Of a stretch of DNA of 64,000 nucleotides, positions 59,741 to 64,000 are shown in pieces. Each line of letters opens with the position of its first letter. The first letter of the stretch is position 1. Origin of the DNA: an uncultured delta proteobacterium (GTDB lineage Bacteria; Desulfobacterota; Binatia; JACPRU01); NCBI GenBank assembly GCA_963745025.1, contig CAVUWD010000016.1:320001-384000 (forward strand), read 5' to 3'. Below the pieces are notes generated by a model that saw nothing but the letters and a program-made list of their open reading frames with translations, did not search any database and was not told the origin of the DNA. The translations under genes and the position numbers were made by a program.

Positions 59741-60597
59741 TGTTCACGGGCGGAGTCGACGTCGGATCGACGTACACGAAGGCGGTCATTCTCAGGGAGG
59801 ACGGCCGTATCGCCGCAAAGACGATGGTCGCCACCGGCTTTCGCCTGGCCGAGGCGGCGACCTGCGCGTTCGAGGACGCCATTGCCGCGGCGGGAACGAG
59901 CGAGCACGAGATCGCTTACGTGGTGAGCACCGGACTCGGCCGCTATCAGGTCCCGTTCCGCGACACCCAGGTCACCGAGCTCACGGCGAATGCGCGGGGT
60001 GCGCGCCACTTCTTCCCGAGCACGCGAACCCTGCTCGACGTCGGCGCCCAGACCATGAAGTCGAGCCGCCTCGACGAGCGCGGCAAGGTGAAGGCGTTCC
60101 GACTCACCGACAAGTGCGCGGCCGGGACCGGAGCGTTCCTCGAGACGACGGCTCGCTACCTCGGCTACGAGATCGACGAGATCGGCCCACTCACCGCCAC
60201 GTCCAAGGAGCCCGTCGCGATCTTCGCAGCCTGTGCAGTATTCGCCGAGTCGGAGGTCATCAATCACGTCTCCTCCGGCCGCGCCCCGGCGGACATCATG
60301 CACGGCGCCATCGTCTCGCTCGCCGACCGCTCGGTCCAGCTCATGAAGCGGACCGGCATCGAGCCCGAGATCACGCTCGTCGGCGGCATTATGCGCTTCG
60401 AGACGATGGTCCGCGTGATGAGACAGGAGCTCAAGACGGCGGTGAACGTCCCGCCGGAGGACCTCGCACAGTACACGGGAGCGATCGGCGCGGCCCTCCT
60501 CGCTCAGCGGCGGCTAGAGAAACGTTGCGGCGAGGCCGGGGTGAACGGATCGTCGAGGGCGGCGTGCTCGGGGTCCGCTGCCGGGTTCTCGCGTTAG
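59737..60597 (+). CDS. Second ASKHA ATPase activator subunit
   Basis: [32 protein letters not shown]; ATGA overlap with the previous gene. Confidence 0.9.
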   Translation: MMFTGGVDVGSTYTKAVILREDGRIAAKTMVATGFRLAEAATCAFEDAIAAAGTSEHEIAYVVSTGLGRYQVPFRDTQVTELTANARGARHFFPSTRTLLDVGAQTMKSSRLDERGKVKAFRLTDKCAAGTGAFLETTARYLGYEIDEIGPLTATSKEPVAIFAACAVFAESEVINHVSSGRAPADIMHGAIVSLADRSVQLMKRTGIEPEITLVGGIMRFETMVRVMRQELKTAVNVPPEDLAQYTGAIGAALLAQRRLEKRCGEAGVNGSSRAACSGSAAGFSR

Positions 60598-60641
60598 CAG
60601 TCTGCACCGTCAGTTGGGGCTGAAGGGAGGCTCGAACCGGC

Positions 60642-61667
60642 GTGGGCATGCTCGTGAACGGCGTCTGGACGCAGCAGGGATACGACATGCGGAAGACGGG
60701 CGGCGCTTTCGTCCGCTCGGAGACGACATTCCGACGGTGGATCACCGCGGACGGCTCATCGGGGTTCCGCGCCGAGCCCGGCCGCTACCATCTCTTCGTT
60801 TCGCTCGCCTGCCCGTGGGCGAGCCGCGTGGTGATCGTTCGCAAGCTCAAGAAGCTCCAGGACGCAATCTCGATGTCGATCGTGTACTGGGGCGACGAGG
60901 GGTGGTTCGGCGCCGGGGGGGACTCTTTCCCCGAAACCGTGAAGGGCTCGATACGGCTGCACCAGGTCTACACCGCGGCCCGGCCCAGCTACACCGGCCG
61001 CGTCACCGTACCCGTGCTGTGGGATCACAAACAGCGGACGATCGTGAACAACGACTCGGCGGAGATTCTCCGGATGCTGAACGGCGAATTCGACGCCTTC
61101 GGCGACCCCACGGTAGACTTCTACCCTGAAGATCTCCGGCCCGAGATCGACCGCTTGAACGCGTTCGTCTACGAGAACGTGAACGACGGCGTCTATCGCG
61201 CCGGCTTCGCCGCCTCGCAATGGGCCTACGAGGAAGCGTTCGAGCGTCTATTCGCCGCCCTCGACGAACTCGAGGCGCGCCTCGCGCGGTCCCGTTACCT
61301 CGTCGGCCACCGCATCACGGAGGCGGACTGGCGGCTCTTCACGACGCTCGTGCGCTTCGACCTGGTGTACTACGCGCACTTCAAGTGCAACCGCCGCCGC
61401 CTCGTCGACTACGGGAACCTCTGGGCTTACACGCGGGATCTCTACCAGGTCCCCGGGGTGGCGGAGACCGTGGATCTCGACCACATCAAGCGGCATTATT
61501 ATGTGAGCCAGGACTGGATCAATCCTACGAGAATCGTGCCCAAAGGCCCGGAGATCGACTTCGCGGCGCCGCACGGCCGCGACCGGATCTATCCGGCTCC
61601 GCAGAGCGTTCTCTGCGAGAGGAGGACCGATGATCGACGTCACCGAGATCGCAAAAGGCATCCATAG
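60642..61667 (+). CDS. Glutathionyl-hydroquinone reductase (YqjG/ECM4-type GST)
   Basis: GRYHLFVSLACPWA, TVPVLWD, TEADWRLFTTLVRFD, HIKRHYY, NPTRIVPKGP. Confidence 0.9.
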   Translation: MGMLVNGVWTQQGYDMRKTGGAFVRSETTFRRWITADGSSGFRAEPGRYHLFVSLACPWASRVVIVRKLKKLQDAISMSIVYWGDEGWFGAGGDSFPETVKGSIRLHQVYTAARPSYTGRVTVPVLWDHKQRTIVNNDSAEILRMLNGEFDAFGDPTVDFYPEDLRPEIDRLNAFVYENVNDGVYRAGFAASQWAYEEAFERLFAALDELEARLARSRYLVGHRITEADWRLFTTLVRFDLVYYAHFKCNRRRLVDYGNLWAYTRDLYQVPGVAETVDLDHIKRHYYVSQDWINPTRIVPKGPEIDFAAPHGRDRIYPAPQSVLCERRTDDRRHRDRKRHP

Positions 61668-62349
61668 AATCTCCCTTTGGGAGGAGGAGGACTTGATGAA
61701 GCGTCGGCTGATGTCCCACGGCTTCACCATCAACATGTTTCTCATCAAGGCCCGCAGACCCGCGATCATCGAGACGCTGCTCCGCAACACCTTCAAGCGC
61801 GTGCGCAGATGCGTCGAGAAAATCGTCGATCCCGCCAAGCTGAGATACGTGGTGATTCCGCATCACGAGGGGGACTCGTCGGGCGCCATCAACGAATGGC
61901 TCCGGGTCGCGCCACGAGCAGTGCCGCTGTGCTCGGAGATGTGCGCGGTTCTTTCGCTGCGAGACTTTTCCAACCGAGAGCCGACCGTCGTTTCCGACGG
62001 CCAGGTGATCGATCTTGGAAGCCACCGTCTCCGCTTTCTCGTCACACCCTACGTGAATCAAATGGATAGTCTGATGGTCTATGAGGAAAGCACGTGCACG
62101 CTGTTCCCGAATGATCTTTTCTGTTCGATGGGAACCGAGATCATCACGACGGAAGACCATTCCGAAGTCGCGCTGCGCAACGCGCGTGAGCTCGGCTACC
62201 AAGCGGACGACCGAGTCAATCTCAACCGCGCCCTGGATAAGATCGCGAAACTCGACATCAAGGTCGTTGCCACCATGCACGGCCCCGCCGTCATCGGGCA
62301 CGTCAGCAATCTGATCGATGCCTTTCGCGACAACGTGATCTCGGTCTAG
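61630..62349 (+). CDS. MBL-fold FprA/ODP-like protein
   Basis: LRYVVIPHHEGD, TLFPNDLF, ATMHG; RBS AGGAGG. Confidence 0.8.
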   Translation: MIDVTEIAKGIHRISLWEEEDLMKRRLMSHGFTINMFLIKARRPAIIETLLRNTFKRVRRCVEKIVDPAKLRYVVIPHHEGDSSGAINEWLRVAPRAVPLCSEMCAVLSLRDFSNREPTVVSDGQVIDLGSHRLRFLVTPYVNQMDSLMVYEESTCTLFPNDLFCSMGTEIITTEDHSEVALRNARELGYQADDRVNLNRALDKIAKLDIKVVATMHGPAVIGHVSNLIDAFRDNVISV

Positions 62350-63386
62350 CCGCGAGCGCCCTTGCCGCGCGGGCTGCCCTCGATGATCGAGAACGGGGAG
62401 AGCATGGGGATGACCCGGTCGAGCCGGAAGCCAGCCCTGTCGAAGAGCTCGGCGAATTGCACCTCGCTGCGTTCCCGCCCGCCGCCGAGCGTCATCATCA
62501 GTAAGTCCAGAAACGGACTTGGATCGGGCTCGCCATCCGGCGGAACCAGCATCTCGATCACCAGAAGCTTCCCGCTCTCGGCGATCGCCTGGCGGCAGTT
62601 CTTGAGAATGTCGAGGGCGCGCTCGTCGCTCCAATCGTGCAGGACGTGCTGCAGGATGTAGGCATCGCCGCCCGCGGGCACGGACTCGAAGAAGCTCCCG
62701 CCGACCCGCTGGCAGCGGTCCGAGATCGCTTCGACCTTCCGGGCGCCGTCAACGACATCGGCCAGGTCGAAGAGGATTCCATGCAAGAACGGATATGCGG
62801 AGAGGATTCCGGCAAGAAGCGCTCCGTGGCCTCCGCCGACGTCGACGAGGGTCGAGAATCCCGAGAAGTCGTATGCAGAGAGCACGGCCGCCGCCTGCAT
62901 CTCCGACGAGCGAGTCATCCACGCGTTGAAAGCGGCTGCCTCGCCGCGGTGGTCTGCGAGATAGTCGAAGAAGGACGCGCCGTGGACGCGGGTGAACGCA
63001 TCCTCCCCCGTCATGACGCTATGGAAGAGATCGCCCAGCGCGCTCCAGAAGAAGGGAGATCCGAAGAGCATCGCGGCATCGCGGACCGAGAAGGGGCTGT
63101 CGGTTCGCAGCGTATCGCCGAGGAGTGTGAGCGAGAAGCGGCCGTCGGCATCCTCGTAAACGACGCCGATGCTCGCGAGATAGTGGAGCAGCCGGCGAAG
63201 CGACGGAGCGTGAGCCGCGGTCGTCGTCGCGAGCTCCTCGACTCGCTTGGGGCCATCGGCGAGCAGGTCCGCCACGCCGAGGCGCGCCGCCCCGTGGATC
63301 GCCTGGGTGGTAATGAATCCGCTGAGGAGCCTCAGCATCTCGCCTGCGGGTGGTAAGGGCTCTTTTTCGGACGCAAGGTTTTTCAC
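62346..63386 (-). CDS. O-methyltransferase (dimerisation + Methyltransf_2)
   Basis: AARLGVADLL, VDVGGGHG, GSFFESVP, VLHDWSD, GGRERS; GTG start with GAGGA RBS. Confidence 0.9.
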   Translation of the reverse strand: MKNLASEKEPLPPAGEMLRLLSGFITTQAIHGAARLGVADLLADGPKRVEELATTTAAHAPSLRRLLHYLASIGVVYEDADGRFSLTLLGDTLRTDSPFSVRDAAMLFGSPFFWSALGDLFHSVMTGEDAFTRVHGASFFDYLADHRGEAAAFNAWMTRSSEMQAAAVLSAYDFSGFSTLVDVGGGHGALLAGILSAYPFLHGILFDLADVVDGARKVEAISDRCQRVGGSFFESVPAGGDAYILQHVLHDWSDERALDILKNCRQAIAESGKLLVIEMLVPPDGEPDPSPFLDLLMMTLGGGRERSEVQFAELFDRAGFRLDRVIPMLSPFSIIEGSPRGKGARG

Positions 63387-63407
63387 CGGTTTCCTCGTTT
63401 CACTCTG

Positions 63408-63500
63408 CGCCAGGGCCTGCACTCCGGTGAGGAGGACAGAGCCTTCCTCGAGGAGATAGCGCTCCGCGAGCTCGTCGCGAGCCGATTCGTCTGCGTTCAC
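63408..63500 (-). pseudogene. 5' stub of an indolepyruvate:ferredoxin oxidoreductase-like gene
   Basis: LAERYLLEEGSVLLTGVQAL resembles the IOR N-terminus; GTG overlaps the upstream ligase TGA. Confidence 0.6.
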
Positions 63501-64000
63501 GGAGCCCTCGCGCCGGCGGTCCGCTCCCCCGGCACGGCAGCGGCCTCGCGGTCCCAGGTGTCCGCCGTGATGCCCTCCTCGCGCAGGCGGTACTTTTGCA
63601 CCCGCTCGGTGGGGGTCTTCGGCAGGCGGTCGACGAAGCGGACGTAGCGCGGCACCATGAACCGCGCCATGCGCGCCTCGCACCAGCTCGCGAGCTCGGG
63701 CGCGGCGAGCGGGCGGCCCGGTCTCGGTACGACGCAGACCATCACCTCGTCCTCGCCGAGCTCGGAGCGGACGGGGATCGCCGCGCACTCGAGCACCGCG
63801 GGGTGGTCAGCGACGATATGCTCGACCTCCCAGGAGCTGATGTTCTCGCCGCGGCGTCGGATCGCGTCCTTTTTGCGATCGACGAATACGTAAAACCCAT
63901 CGCCGTCGCGCTGCAGGTAGTCGCCGGTGTGGAACCAGAGATCCTGCCAGGCCGCAACCGTTTTCTCGGCCATGTTGTAGTAGCCGAGCAGCATCGACCA
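63497..64000 (-). CDS. CaiC-family CoA ligase, 3' part (runs off window)
   Basis: WFHTGD, IRRRGENISSWEVE, LPKTPTERVQK. Confidence 0.9.
   Translation of the reverse strand, partial: WSMLLGYYNMAEKTVAAWQDLWFHTGDYLQRDGDGFYVFVDRKKDAIRRRGENISSWEVEHIVADHPAVLECAAIPVRSELGEDEVMVCVVPRPGRPLAAPELASWCEARMARFMVPRYVRFVDRLPKTPTERVQKYRLREEGITADTWDREAAAVPGERTAGARAP

Overview
GC-rich bacterial DNA. The gene content (valS-nadC...birA, PEP-CTERM, F420-type LLM enzyme, DUF1302/DUF1329, a selenoprotein) suggests a deltaproteobacterial or Binatia-like lineage, but this is an unverified inference. All family calls come from motif recognition, with no database searches. (1) 1-10 kb is the decayed right end of elements integrated at a tRNA-Leu(CAG). 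It holds an EPS sugar transferase, a frameshifted PrsR-like regulator, a PEP-CTERM gene, a terminase small/large pair, two tRNA-3'-end att copies and an RsmH paralog. (2) gpmA-valS-nadC is followed by a ~15.7 kb catabolic block and then birA. The block contains a TetR-flanked acetophenone-carboxylase-like apcABCD(E)-CoA-ligase operon. (3) A housekeeping stretch has groESL, aat, tadA and acyltransferases, and hides a selenocysteine BCP peroxiredoxin (in-frame TGA plus SECIS) that the ORF track missed. A divergent B12 acyl-CoA mutase follows. (4) 44.4-60.6 kb has back-to-back sigma-54 promoters. One drives a class I benzoyl-CoA-reductase-like operon. The other drives an unusual nine-gene operon: a Tat-less, gamma-less ethylbenzene-dehydrogenase-family Mo enzyme, three adenylate-forming-fold proteins (two degenerate), a U32 Fe-S protein, a membrane protein and DUF1329/DUF1302. 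This nine-gene operon is the best candidate for an undescribed anaerobic aromatic or hydrocarbon activation system.
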